Shown here piece after piece: positions 7,293 to 17,400 of a DNA stretch of 25,475 nt (within the stretch, counting starts at the first letter, position 1; every line of letters starts with the position of its first letter). The stretch lies in the IMG/VR virus record IMGVR_UViG_3300035561_000026, positions 1 through 25,475 of that record; one strand, written 5' to 3'. The notes beneath the pieces are model-generated. The model was not told where the DNA came from. It made no database searches and worked only from the letters and a program-made list of their open reading frames with translations. A program made the translations under genes and the position numbers. The DNA comes from a virus. Its lineage: Duplodnaviria; Caudoviricetes.

Positions 7293-9020
7293 ATGGCAAT
7301 TAAAGACGCTGTTAAGGGCTTAATGGGAAAGCCAGAAAGGGAAGGTGAGGAGCAATACGATGAGACATACTGGTTAGAATACACAGACGCCAAGTTTCAA
7401 GAGAGCAAGAACTTTAGGAGTTCTAATATTGAACGACAGTGGTTTATCAATGACGCTTATTACAGAGGGTGGCATAATGTTAAGTACAACAAGGACACAG
7501 GCAAACTCAGTTGGGGTAGTAAAGACCCATTGGACTTTCAGATTAACCAGGTGTATTCCATTTGTAGGGCTATTAGGGGTGCTGTAACAAGGACTCAGCC
7601 TACATGGGATGTTGACGCTTTGCCTTACGCTACTGTTGAGCCAGAATCTTCACAAGTATTGGGACAGTATTTAGCCTTTGTTTATGACAAGTTAAGAATG
7701 AAGCAGTTAGTTAAGAAGGCTGTTTTATTTGGTTTGCTTTATGGACAGGGAATATTCCAGTATGGTTACGACGCAGAAGCAGACAATGGGGAAGGATTGC
7801 CATGGGTGCAAGTCCTAGACCCATTTGACACATATATTGACCCTTACGCTACGGATATAAGGAATGCAAGGTATGTGGTTAAAGTAATATCAAGACCTAA
7901 AGAGATAGTAGAGCAGAATCCTAACTACGACCAGGAAGCTATAAAAGACTTATCCTCAACAAACAAGACTTCCGAGAGTATGTATAAGGAGCTTATTAAC
8001 ACTAACACTAATGACACTACAGCCACGGGAGATAATATGTTACTTCACGAAACATGGTGTGTTACCAAGGAGGGTATAAGAGTAATAACAACCTGTGACG
8101 GAAAGATACTAAGAAATGAATTGACCAACTTTAAGAAGCTACCTTTTGAGTTATACTTCCCAGACATTAACCTCAACGAGATTTACGGGGAAGGTTGGGT
8201 TAAGAACATAGTGCCCCTAAATAAAGCATTGAATTACTTAGAGAAATCTATACTCGAATACAACATACTCTTTAGTAAGGGTAAGTATACAACCGACAGT
8301 AATTCAGGCATTAAGATAATCAATAACAAGAACGGACAGATACTAAGGCACAAACCAGGACACAACATACAGCAGATGGACATGAAGCCAATGAGTTCAA
8401 CACCATTCAAGCAAATAGACAACCTGAAGGATTATATGCAAAACATAGGAGCGGCTCACGAGGCGTTCATGGGTAAAGCCCCTCAGGGAGTAACAGCAGG
8501 GGTAGCCTTTGATACTCTAGTAGCTAACGCTTACACCAACATTGTAGACTTAATAGACAACCTAGCAGACACCTTAAGCAGACTTGGGGAAGATATATTG
8601 AATCTAGGTTATGACTACCAGTTGATTACCAAGCCATTCAGAACAGAAACAGGAGATGTTTACTCAGTTATTAGTGGGCAAGTAGAAGAAGTGCCAGAAG
8701 GGGTAGTAGAGATACCTAGAAACCCAGAGGTTAAGGTCAAGATAACAGGCGGTATTTCACACACTAAGGAGGGCAAGAGAGAGATTCTAACCATGTTAAG
8801 AGGTGGAGGTGATATAAGTAGACAGACACTACTACAAAACTTTGACATAGACCCAGAAGAAGAGAAGGCCAGACTTATAGAGGAGAAAATGGAAATGATA
8901 GAAATGGCTATGGCTCAGGAGCAGATGATGGCCCCACAAGGACCACCACCAGTAGAGGGAGTAGCCCCTGAAATGGAGCAACAGATACCACCAGAGAGTG
9001 AATTGACAGCGGGATTATAA
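7293..9020 (+). CDS. Portal protein (P22-like)
   Basis: 575 aa between terminase and scaffold; DPFDTYIDP, YGEGWVKNIVPLNKALN, GKAPQGVTAG; Q/P/E-rich tail. Confidence 0.88.
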   Translation: MAIKDAVKGLMGKPEREGEEQYDETYWLEYTDAKFQESKNFRSSNIERQWFINDAYYRGWHNVKYNKDTGKLSWGSKDPLDFQINQVYSICRAIRGAVTRTQPTWDVDALPYATVEPESSQVLGQYLAFVYDKLRMKQLVKKAVLFGLLYGQGIFQYGYDAEADNGEGLPWVQVLDPFDTYIDPYATDIRNARYVVKVISRPKEIVEQNPNYDQEAIKDLSSTNKTSESMYKELINTNTNDTTATGDNMLLHETWCVTKEGIRVITTCDGKILRNELTNFKKLPFELYFPDINLNEIYGEGWVKNIVPLNKALNYLEKSILEYNILFSKGKYTTDSNSGIKIINNKNGQILRHKPGHNIQQMDMKPMSSTPFKQIDNLKDYMQNIGAAHEAFMGKAPQGVTAGVAFDTLVANAYTNIVDLIDNLADTLSRLGEDILNLGYDYQLITKPFRTETGDVYSVISGQVEEVPEGVVEIPRNPEVKVKITGGISHTKEGKREILTMLRGGGDISRQTLLQNFDIDPEEEKARLIEEKMEMIEMAMAQEQMMAPQGPPPVEGVAPEMEQQIPPESELTAGL

Positions 9021-9025
9021 GAAAA

Positions 9026-9081
9026 CTTGTGATTTTTGCGTAGGGGGTCTTCCTCGAACCCCCTGCACAAAGGCTCATAAG
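9026..9081 (+). other. Long RNA hairpin (about 23 bp) with 9-nt loop CUUCCUCGA; possible sRNA, processing site or terminator
   Basis: 9026-9032 pairs with 9075-9081 and 9033-9048 with 9058-9073; four G:U pairs and one C-A mismatch favour the + strand; no U-tract follows. Confidence 0.8.
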
Positions 9082-9087
9082 TGCCTA

Positions 9088-9096
9088 TGCTATAAT
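9088..9096 (+). promoter_or_regulatory. Extended -10 promoter for scaffold and capsid genes
   Basis: TGCTATAAT in the intergenic region, 82 nt upstream of ATG 9179. Confidence 0.65.
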
Positions 9097-9138
9097 AGTG
9101 TATAGGTCACAAGCCTAGTTCTTTATATAATTTTATCC

Positions 9139-9172
9139 ACCTGATCGTCACTGAAGACGTTAAAATGTAGGT
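9139..9172 (+). promoter_or_regulatory. Structured 5' leader of the scaffold gene
   Basis: Outer stem ACCTG/TAGGT encloses CGTC-ACTGAA-GACG followed by TTAAAATG; ends 6 nt before the ATG. Confidence 0.45.
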
Positions 9173-9178
9173 ATATTT

Positions 9179-9934
9179 ATGGATAATGAGGTAAATGATG
9201 TAAACACAGTAGAGCAAACTACTGACTCCTCATCAGAGTATGAAAAAAGCACACAGGAAGATACTTCCATTTCTGCTGAAGAGCAGTCAAACACTCAAGT
9301 ATCGGAAGGTGATGAAAATGTCACGGATTCTTTAGAGGAAAAGAAGATTCCTTATGACAGGTTTCAAGAGAAGGTTCAGGAGCTCAATTCTATGAAAGAG
9401 CAAATGGCCGAACTCAAGGCAAAGGCAGAAATAGCGGACAGGCTAAGTCAGGCTGTTAATCCTCAGGTAAATTCTCCTGAGCAACAAGCAAGACAAAGGC
9501 AACTGGACGCAGCCAGAAAAGAGCTTGAGGCTATGGGTTACGTTGACGAGACTAAGGTCGACCAACTAGTAGAGCAAAAGCTGAATGCGTACAAATGGCA
9601 AGAGAGGTTCGTTAGTCAAATGGACTCTTTAGCCAAGAAGTACACAGGTAAAGACGGAGGTCCTAAATTTGAGGCTGAGGAAGTCGCTAAGTTTATGGAC
9701 GAGCAAATGGCAAGAGGGAATCAGATAACTGACCCTGAAGTGGCATTTAAGCTCATGAATCTTGACCAGATAGCAGACAGCAAAGCTAAAGCCCAGAAGT
9801 CAAGCACTTACAGCGAATCGCCTGGTAAACCGATTCATTCAGAAACGGACCAGAGGAAAGCTGATTTGGAAGCCGCTGCCAAAACTGGGAAGATATCGGA
9901 GTTCTTGAAAAAGTACGCCGCTCCCAGCGAATAA
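9179..9934 (+). CDS. Capsid scaffolding protein
   Basis: Between portal and capsid; acidic low-complexity N-terminus, IPYDRFQE then coiled coil, DPEVAFKL. Confidence 0.8.
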   Translation: MDNEVNDVNTVEQTTDSSSEYEKSTQEDTSISAEEQSNTQVSEGDENVTDSLEEKKIPYDRFQEKVQELNSMKEQMAELKAKAEIADRLSQAVNPQVNSPEQQARQRQLDAARKELEAMGYVDETKVDQLVEQKLNAYKWQERFVSQMDSLAKKYTGKDGGPKFEAEEVAKFMDEQMARGNQITDPEVAFKLMNLDQIADSKAKAQKSSTYSESPGKPIHSETDQRKADLEAAAKTGKISEFLKKYAAPSE

Positions 9935-9964
9935 TCGAGGCTTTAATTTTACAATTTGGTTCAA

Positions 9965-10843
9965 ATGGCAAACTTTACAACATACGACAAGACCACGAAC
10001 CATGAAGACCTAACTGACGTTTTAGTCACAATGGGACAGATGAAGAACCCTATGTTCTCCAATCTCCCCAAGGTTAAAGCAAAGGGTGTTCTTCATGAAT
10101 GGCCAATTGACTCCTATGCAGACGCAGCTGACAATGCACAGATTGAAGGTTTTTCCTACAGTTTTGGTTCATTAACAGCTCCTACTAGAGGTCAAAACTA
10201 CACACAGATATTTGTAAAAGATGGAAAAGTTACCAAGACTCAAAGAGCAGTAGACCCAGCAGGGTACAAAGATGAGTATGCTTATCAGGTAGAGAAAGCT
10301 CTTAAAGAGATTGGTAGAGACATCGAAAAAGCTTTTATCAATGGTAGTGCAGCCGGTAGTGGTGCAACAGGAACAGCTAGAACTTTGAAAGGTATCCTCG
10401 CTTGGATAACCTCCAACGTTTCTACTGGAACCGGAACAGGAAGGGACATCCAAGAGGCTGAGTTAAACAGCTTACTTGCTGATATTTATGCAGCAGGTGG
10501 TGATCCTGACACCATTTTAGTAGCTCCTAAACAGAGAAACAAAATGGGAGACTTGTTCGAGAGTTCAAGGCAGTTCGTAGACAGTGTAAAGACTTTCACA
10601 TCTGCAATCGCAGTTTATGAATCCAACTTTGGTATGATGCAAGTAGTAACGGATATTCAAATGCCTAACTCAGTAATTGCTGTGTTAGACTCAAGCACTT
10701 GGAAGATTCCACAACTACGACCAGTAGCAAAGGAAGAGACAGCTAAGGTTTCAGACGGTGACGGATTTGTAGTAGTCGGTGAATTGACATTAGCTTCTTA
10801 CGCAGAGAAGTACAATGGACAAATCACAGGACTCGCATCCTAA
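9965..10843 (+). CDS. Major capsid protein (DUF5309-type)
   Basis: NHEDLTDVL, HEWPIDS, NYTQIF, KEIGRDIEKAFING, RTLKGI, YESNFG, GELTL. ATG 9965 preferred over TTG 9956. Confidence 0.9.
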   Translation: MANFTTYDKTTNHEDLTDVLVTMGQMKNPMFSNLPKVKAKGVLHEWPIDSYADAADNAQIEGFSYSFGSLTAPTRGQNYTQIFVKDGKVTKTQRAVDPAGYKDEYAYQVEKALKEIGRDIEKAFINGSAAGSGATGTARTLKGILAWITSNVSTGTGTGRDIQEAELNSLLADIYAAGGDPDTILVAPKQRNKMGDLFESSRQFVDSVKTFTSAIAVYESNFGMMQVVTDIQMPNSVIAVLDSSTWKIPQLRPVAKEETAKVSDGDGFVVVGELTLASYAEKYNGQITGLAS

Positions 10844-10855
10844 TAGTCTTACTAA

Positions 10856-10879
10856 GGTGAGGGGCTTCGGCCCCTTGCC
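10856..10879 (+). terminator. GC-rich UUCG hairpin after the capsid gene (weak terminator or stability element)
   Basis: GGTGAGGGGC-TTCG-GCCCCTTGCC; poor U-tract. Confidence 0.65.
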
Positions 10880-10902
10880 GGTCTTAATTTAGAGGAAGTA
10901 TC

Positions 10903-11256
10903 ATGGCAAAAACAGAGGAAATACTAGAATCAATCGCCCCGAAAAACGACAGGGAGCGACTCATTTTCAAAGAAGCAATACAAAACATAGTAAGGAAATT
11001 AGACAACCAGAACAAGAAAATGGTTGACAACAACATTCCCTTATTTAAAGCTAACTACAAGCAGAGGAAGGGTGGCGACGGCTTTTCAAACGACAGGGAA
11101 ATGCGATTGGTTGCAGTAATTCCTACTGAAATGGTTACAATAGCTAAAAAGATGTACGGAGACGATGTGTTAACTAACAAGGCCAAGTTTAGAGAAGCCT
11201 TTGTTAAAAACGAAGAGGGTAGGTATTGTTTAACAGTTGACCCTAAAAGTATATAA
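10903..11256 (+). CDS. Hypothetical protein following the major capsid gene
   Basis: 117-aa ORF with EMRLVAVIP motif; GAGG upstream. Confidence 0.8.
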   Translation: MAKTEEILESIAPKNDRERLIFKEAIQNIVRKLDNQNKKMVDNNIPLFKANYKQRKGGDGFSNDREMRLVAVIPTEMVTIAKKMYGDDVLTNKAKFREAFVKNEEGRYCLTVDPKSI

Positions 11257-11274
11257 CTTAAATCGAGGAAACTC

Positions 11275-12471
11275 ATGGAAAAGAGACTACTTAGAGTGTT
11301 ATGGTTACCAGCTGACGACGGGGGCTGTGGTTATCATAGGGTTAGAATGTTCGACGAGGCCTTTAACAGGCTTGAACTAGCAGAGAGCCTTGTACTTGAC
11401 CCTAGTGAAGACGAAAAAGAGACTAGGGTAGCAGTAGAGTATGCTGATGTAGTAGTAGCAAGGCTTAATACCACCCCCTATACGAAACTAATCAAAAAGA
11501 CTTGGCCTAACAAGGTTGTAGTGTTTGACCACGACGACAACACCTTAGAAACAAAACCGAGCAACCCAGCGTACAAGGACTTTGGTACCGAGGATGTATG
11601 GGTGCCAGTTGATGATGTAAAAGAAACGACTGCTTACAAAGAAGCTACAGTAGGGACTAAACTAAAAATGGAAGAGAGAGGAGAGGTACCTTTATGGGTT
11701 ACAGGAATAACACAAGGATTTAATAGGTATAACAACCTAGACCACCACATGAATTTAATATGGAACTTGTCGGCGTGTAATTTAGCTACTTCGCCTGTAC
11801 CGGAACTTACTCAGAAGTGGGGGGCGTACAGCGATCTGGTAGCGACCATACCGAACTGTTTAGACATGAGATACTATCCTGATGTAGAAGTTAAAAGAAA
11901 AAGAGAAAAGGGAGAGATTAGAATAGGTTGGAGTGGAGGGAGTTCCCATAGTATGGACTTAAAGACGATTATTCCTTCTATTAAGAAACTAGCTAAAAAG
12001 CATAATGTAAAGCTTGTAATAAGTGGCAGTAACTTTCCTGAAATCTTTGGTCAATTAGAGGGCATTGTAGAGTATCATCCTTGGACTAAATGGGAGGCAC
12101 ATCCTTACAGAATGAAACTACTTGACCTAGACTTTGCTATTATTCCACTAGCTGATGATGAACACTTTAACAAATACAAGAGTGAACTTAAAATGATGGA
12201 GTTTGCAGCCCTAAAGGTTCCTATGATAATCAAGGACCAATTACCATACTCCCCATACATTAAGAAAGGCGAGAATTGTCTAGCCTATAAGACCGAAGAA
12301 GAATTAGACAAATGTTTAGAGCTTATGGTAAAGGGTAAAAACAGGGACAAAATGATAGAAAATGCCTACGAATGGGTAACTACACACAGGAATTTAGACA
12401 AGATAGCCCCAGACGTTGTCAAAGTTTACAAGAGTCTTACACCAGAGAAAACACAAAATCTCGTGGTATAA
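11275..12471 (+). CDS. GT-B fold (GT4-like) glycosyltransferase
   Basis: GGCGYHR, VVFDHDD, TIPNCLD, IRIGWSGGSSH..DL, LDFAIIPL..FNKYKSELKMMEF..KVP. Confidence 0.88.
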   Translation: MEKRLLRVLWLPADDGGCGYHRVRMFDEAFNRLELAESLVLDPSEDEKETRVAVEYADVVVARLNTTPYTKLIKKTWPNKVVVFDHDDNTLETKPSNPAYKDFGTEDVWVPVDDVKETTAYKEATVGTKLKMEERGEVPLWVTGITQGFNRYNNLDHHMNLIWNLSACNLATSPVPELTQKWGAYSDLVATIPNCLDMRYYPDVEVKRKREKGEIRIGWSGGSSHSMDLKTIIPSIKKLAKKHNVKLVISGSNFPEIFGQLEGIVEYHPWTKWEAHPYRMKLLDLDFAIIPLADDEHFNKYKSELKMMEFAALKVPMIIKDQLPYSPYIKKGENCLAYKTEEELDKCLELMVKGKNRDKMIENAYEWVTTHRNLDKIAPDVVKVYKSLTPEKTQNLVV

Positions 12472-12489
12472 TTAAATAAGGAATCGAGG
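12464..12489 (+). promoter_or_regulatory. Extended -10 promoter plus ATCGAGG leader motif
   Basis: TGGTATAAT (12464-12472), 10 nt, ATCGAGG (12483-12489), 23 nt, ATG. Confidence 0.7.
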
Positions 12490-12512
12490 AACTTAATTTA
12501 GAATGTACTATA

Positions 12513-13172
12513 ATGACGTTTCTCGAAATGCAGACCCGTGTGGGGGAATTGATAAACCAGAGTGTAACAACAGACAATCTCACAGTTACTGAAACAGAAG
12601 TTAAAGCTAACCTTAATCGAGGTTACCAAAAGGTTGTTAATCGTATTGCTTCCTTGGCACAGGACTACTATGTAAGGCTTTCTAAAGCCAATTTAGCTGC
12701 TAACCAGAGTCTTTATGGACTTCCTAGCGACTACAGGAGAATGATAAGGGTTGAAATAGGCCCAGAGTCTTCTGCAACCAGATATAAAGCCTACAGAGTT
12801 GATACCAACGCATATGGAGACCCAGTCGATGAGTACATAGACTCAACTAATCCTCAGTATAGTATTCGTGGAAAGAATATCGAGATTAAACCAACCCCAA
12901 CAGTAGCAGTTACAGACGGGTTGTGGATGTATTACGTTGAAACAGTTAATGATTTGAGTGCAGATGATGACGAGCCTAATTTACCCCCAGAGTTTAGTGA
13001 TTTACCAGTAGAGTATGCTGTGGCTAAGGCTAAGGCAAGACTGGGATTAATGGACGAGGCACAAATGAGTTTAGCAGAGTTTTACAGGGAATTAGAGGAA
13101 ATGACAGGGGTATTAGTAAATAGTAACAGTGATGATCCTGAGCAGGTGGTAATAAGGGACGATTATTTTTAA
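12513..13172 (+). CDS. Probable head-tail adaptor protein
   Basis: Position; MTFLEMQTRV start, YGLPSDY, IEIKPTP, DDEPNLPPEFSDLPVEYA resemble podovirus adaptor proteins. Confidence 0.7.
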   Translation: MTFLEMQTRVGELINQSVTTDNLTVTETEVKANLNRGYQKVVNRIASLAQDYYVRLSKANLAANQSLYGLPSDYRRMIRVEIGPESSATRYKAYRVDTNAYGDPVDEYIDSTNPQYSIRGKNIEIKPTPTVAVTDGLWMYYVETVNDLSADDDEPNLPPEFSDLPVEYAVAKAKARLGLMDEAQMSLAEFYRELEEMTGVLVNSNSDDPEQVVIRDDYF

Positions 13173-13183
13173 AGGTTCTTTAA

Positions 13184-13507
13184 ATGACAAACTGGACAGA
13201 AGTTGAAGACGTAACAACTGAATACGGGAGTGGAAATGCCTTAGACGCTATGCTCTCAGAAGACGGTGAGTATATGTTGACCGAAGATGGTGAATATATA
13301 GTCGCAGAAGGTACGCAGACGAGCTATACAGAAGTAGAGGACTCAACTGAGAGGTACATTCCTTTCGGTGTTGGCTTAAAAATTGCTACGGAGACATTTG
13401 ATTGGCTTTTAACAGAAGGAACGAGAATAAGGTTAGTACACAGCAAAACAGATTACGATGAGGTAGGAGACGTAAGTACAGTTTGGACAGAGGTCGGGGA
13501 CGCTTAA
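13184..13507 (+). CDS. Acidic hypothetical virion protein with internal repeats
   Basis: WTEVED, YTEVED, YDEVGD, WTEVGD; LSEDGEY-MLTEDGEY. Confidence 0.75.
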   Translation: MTNWTEVEDVTTEYGSGNALDAMLSEDGEYMLTEDGEYIVAEGTQTSYTEVEDSTERYIPFGVGLKIATETFDWLLTEGTRIRLVHSKTDYDEVGDVSTVWTEVGDA

Positions 13508-13522
13508 TTTAGAAGTATATAA

Positions 13523-15466
<1,944 letters not shown>

Positions 15467-15478
15467 ACTAAAACAACT

Positions 15479-17368
15479 ATGAAAAAAATATCGGAGTACG
15501 ACAATATAACAACAGTAGCAGAGGCAGATGTATTACCTATCGTTGATGTAAGTGATACAGAACAAGCAAGTACGGGAAGCACTAGAAAAGGTAGTATAGA
15601 AAAGATAGCAGACTACTTAAAAGCGAGGGTAGAAACCTTGACGAACAAGACTCTAACAACTCCTAAAATAAATGAGGATGTAACCACAACAGCAACCTCT
15701 AGTGAGTTAAATAAACTAGACGGTACAGACGTTGTAACTGCCGATCTTAATAAATTACACGACATAACAGCTACCGCCGCGGAGATTAATCAACTTGACG
15801 ATGTAGAGGTTGGAGGTACTGGTAGTGGGGATATAGTAACTATTGGTGATACGCAAACACTAACTAATAAGACAATAACTGATTCTACAATAAGTGACTA
15901 TTATAATGAGGACCAATTAGACTTTTTGATAGGGGAGGAGTCTCTACAAATAGATACGGACTCTATGGATGCTTTTGGTATACTGATTAAGGTGGATAGT
16001 GACAACGCAATATATTTCTTTAGAGAGGCTACGGACCATGATAACGATAAAGGTAAAATAGTAGGGCAAAAATACACCTTCTCTACTATGACCTGGGGAA
16101 CAAGGTTTGATGTTTATGACGATGCTAATGCTAATTATGATGTTAGAAACGCCTCTGGAGGAGTTATTGGTAGTAATATATATCTATTTCTTGCAAGGAA
16201 TAATTATACCTCTCATCCAACACTCGATTATGTTGATGTCGGGTATATTAAATCAACAGATTTGACAGGGACCTCTTGGAGTAGTTTTAGTACAATCGAA
16301 AATGCTAACTTTACCGGGTGGGGTAGTGCTTATAGCCATCTTGTAGAAACTGGAACCCCGGGAAAATATATACAGCCAATTTATGGATGGAGTGGGGCTG
16401 GTCCTACATATTATGTCCAGTTTTTTGAAACTACGGACTCTGGTGATACATGGACACTTGGAGATACTATATATTCTGGTTCCACTGACTATACAGAGAC
16501 CTCTGTTGCTAGAATTAACGACAGTAAAATGGTGGCATTAATAAGAGAAAATTCTGGTAATTATGTCTATCAGTCTGTTAGTTCGGACGATGGGGAAACC
16601 TGGTCTGCTCCAGAAGCTACTAATCTCGGACCATCAAGCGGTGTTAAGGTCCCCTACCTAATATACAGCGAACCAACCAACAGGTTGATTGCTTTGTATA
16701 AGGATAGAACCTACCCATATCCCATGAAAATCTCGGATACAGACGCTGATGAAGTTTATGCCAGTGCAAGTTCTTGGAATAAAACTAGAAATTCCCCAGT
16801 AGGAATTGTATATTCACAGGTGAGTGGATATCCAAGTATGGTTCCTATAACAGGGAGAAAATTCTTCTATGTATTCTTCTCTGATATATCAGCTTCTGAC
16901 GCAGATACTTACGGGGGGGTCTATGAATTAGAGGTTCACAAAGATAGCTTTGTCGGTTGTTCTGTATATTTAAATGCTAATCAGTCTATACCAAATGGAG
17001 AACTAACTAAAGTTGGTTTGAACACTAAAAATTTTGATATTGGTTCTAATTTTGATACAACTAATAAAAGATTTGTGGCTCCTGTTAGTGGTTATTACCA
17101 GGTAAATACATCTATAGAATATGACGGAGTAGTTGATACAAACTATTATACTCTTATTTATGTCAATGGGGCAGACGCAGGAAGTGCAAAGGCTTCCTCT
17201 GCAAGTTCCTCAAATCCAGACCCAACCATTACATTATCACGTTTAGTGTTTGCTACTGCGGGACAATATATAGAGCTTTATGCATATAATGAGGGTGATG
17301 GTGCGGTAAATGCTAAAGGAACGAATATTAGAACTTATATGACCATACATTTGGTGGGAAGTACATAG
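15479..17368 (+). CDS. Tail fibre/spike with BNR (sialidase-like) propeller and C-terminal C1q-like domain
   Basis: Asp-box motifs STDLTGTSW, TTDSGDTW, SSDDGETW; TLTNKT shaft repeats; FDIGSNFD..FVAPVSGYYQV..GQYIEL. Confidence 0.8.
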   Translation: MKKISEYDNITTVAEADVLPIVDVSDTEQASTGSTRKGSIEKIADYLKARVETLTNKTLTTPKINEDVTTTATSSELNKLDGTDVVTADLNKLHDITATAAEINQLDDVEVGGTGSGDIVTIGDTQTLTNKTITDSTISDYYNEDQLDFLIGEESLQIDTDSMDAFGILIKVDSDNAIYFFREATDHDNDKGKIVGQKYTFSTMTWGTRFDVYDDANANYDVRNASGGVIGSNIYLFLARNNYTSHPTLDYVDVGYIKSTDLTGTSWSSFSTIENANFTGWGSAYSHLVETGTPGKYIQPIYGWSGAGPTYYVQFFETTDSGDTWTLGDTIYSGSTDYTETSVARINDSKMVALIRENSGNYVYQSVSSDDGETWSAPEATNLGPSSGVKVPYLIYSEPTNRLIALYKDRTYPYPMKISDTDADEVYASASSWNKTRNSPVGIVYSQVSGYPSMVPITGRKFFYVFFSDISASDADTYGGVYELEVHKDSFVGCSVYLNANQSIPNGELTKVGLNTKNFDIGSNFDTTNKRFVAPVSGYYQVNTSIEYDGVVDTNYYTLIYVNGADAGSAKASSASSSNPDPTITLSRLVFATAGQYIELYAYNEGDGAVNAKGTNIRTYMTIHLVGST

Positions 17369-17386
17369 TTTTGAATTAAAGAGTTA

Positions 17387-17395
17387 TGATACAAT
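17387..17395 (+). promoter_or_regulatory. Extended -10 promoter, probably leaderless
   Basis: TGATACAAT, with ATG 17401 five nt later and no ribosome-binding site. Confidence 0.55.
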
Positions 17396-17400
17396 AGAGT

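Larger units (their letters stand above)
10883..13513 (+). repeat. Dispersed 11-mer CTTAATTTAGA at 10883-10893, 12492-12502 and 13503-13513
   Basis: Three exact copies, 9-10 nt upstream of ATGs 10903, 12513 and 13523. Confidence 0.85.
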
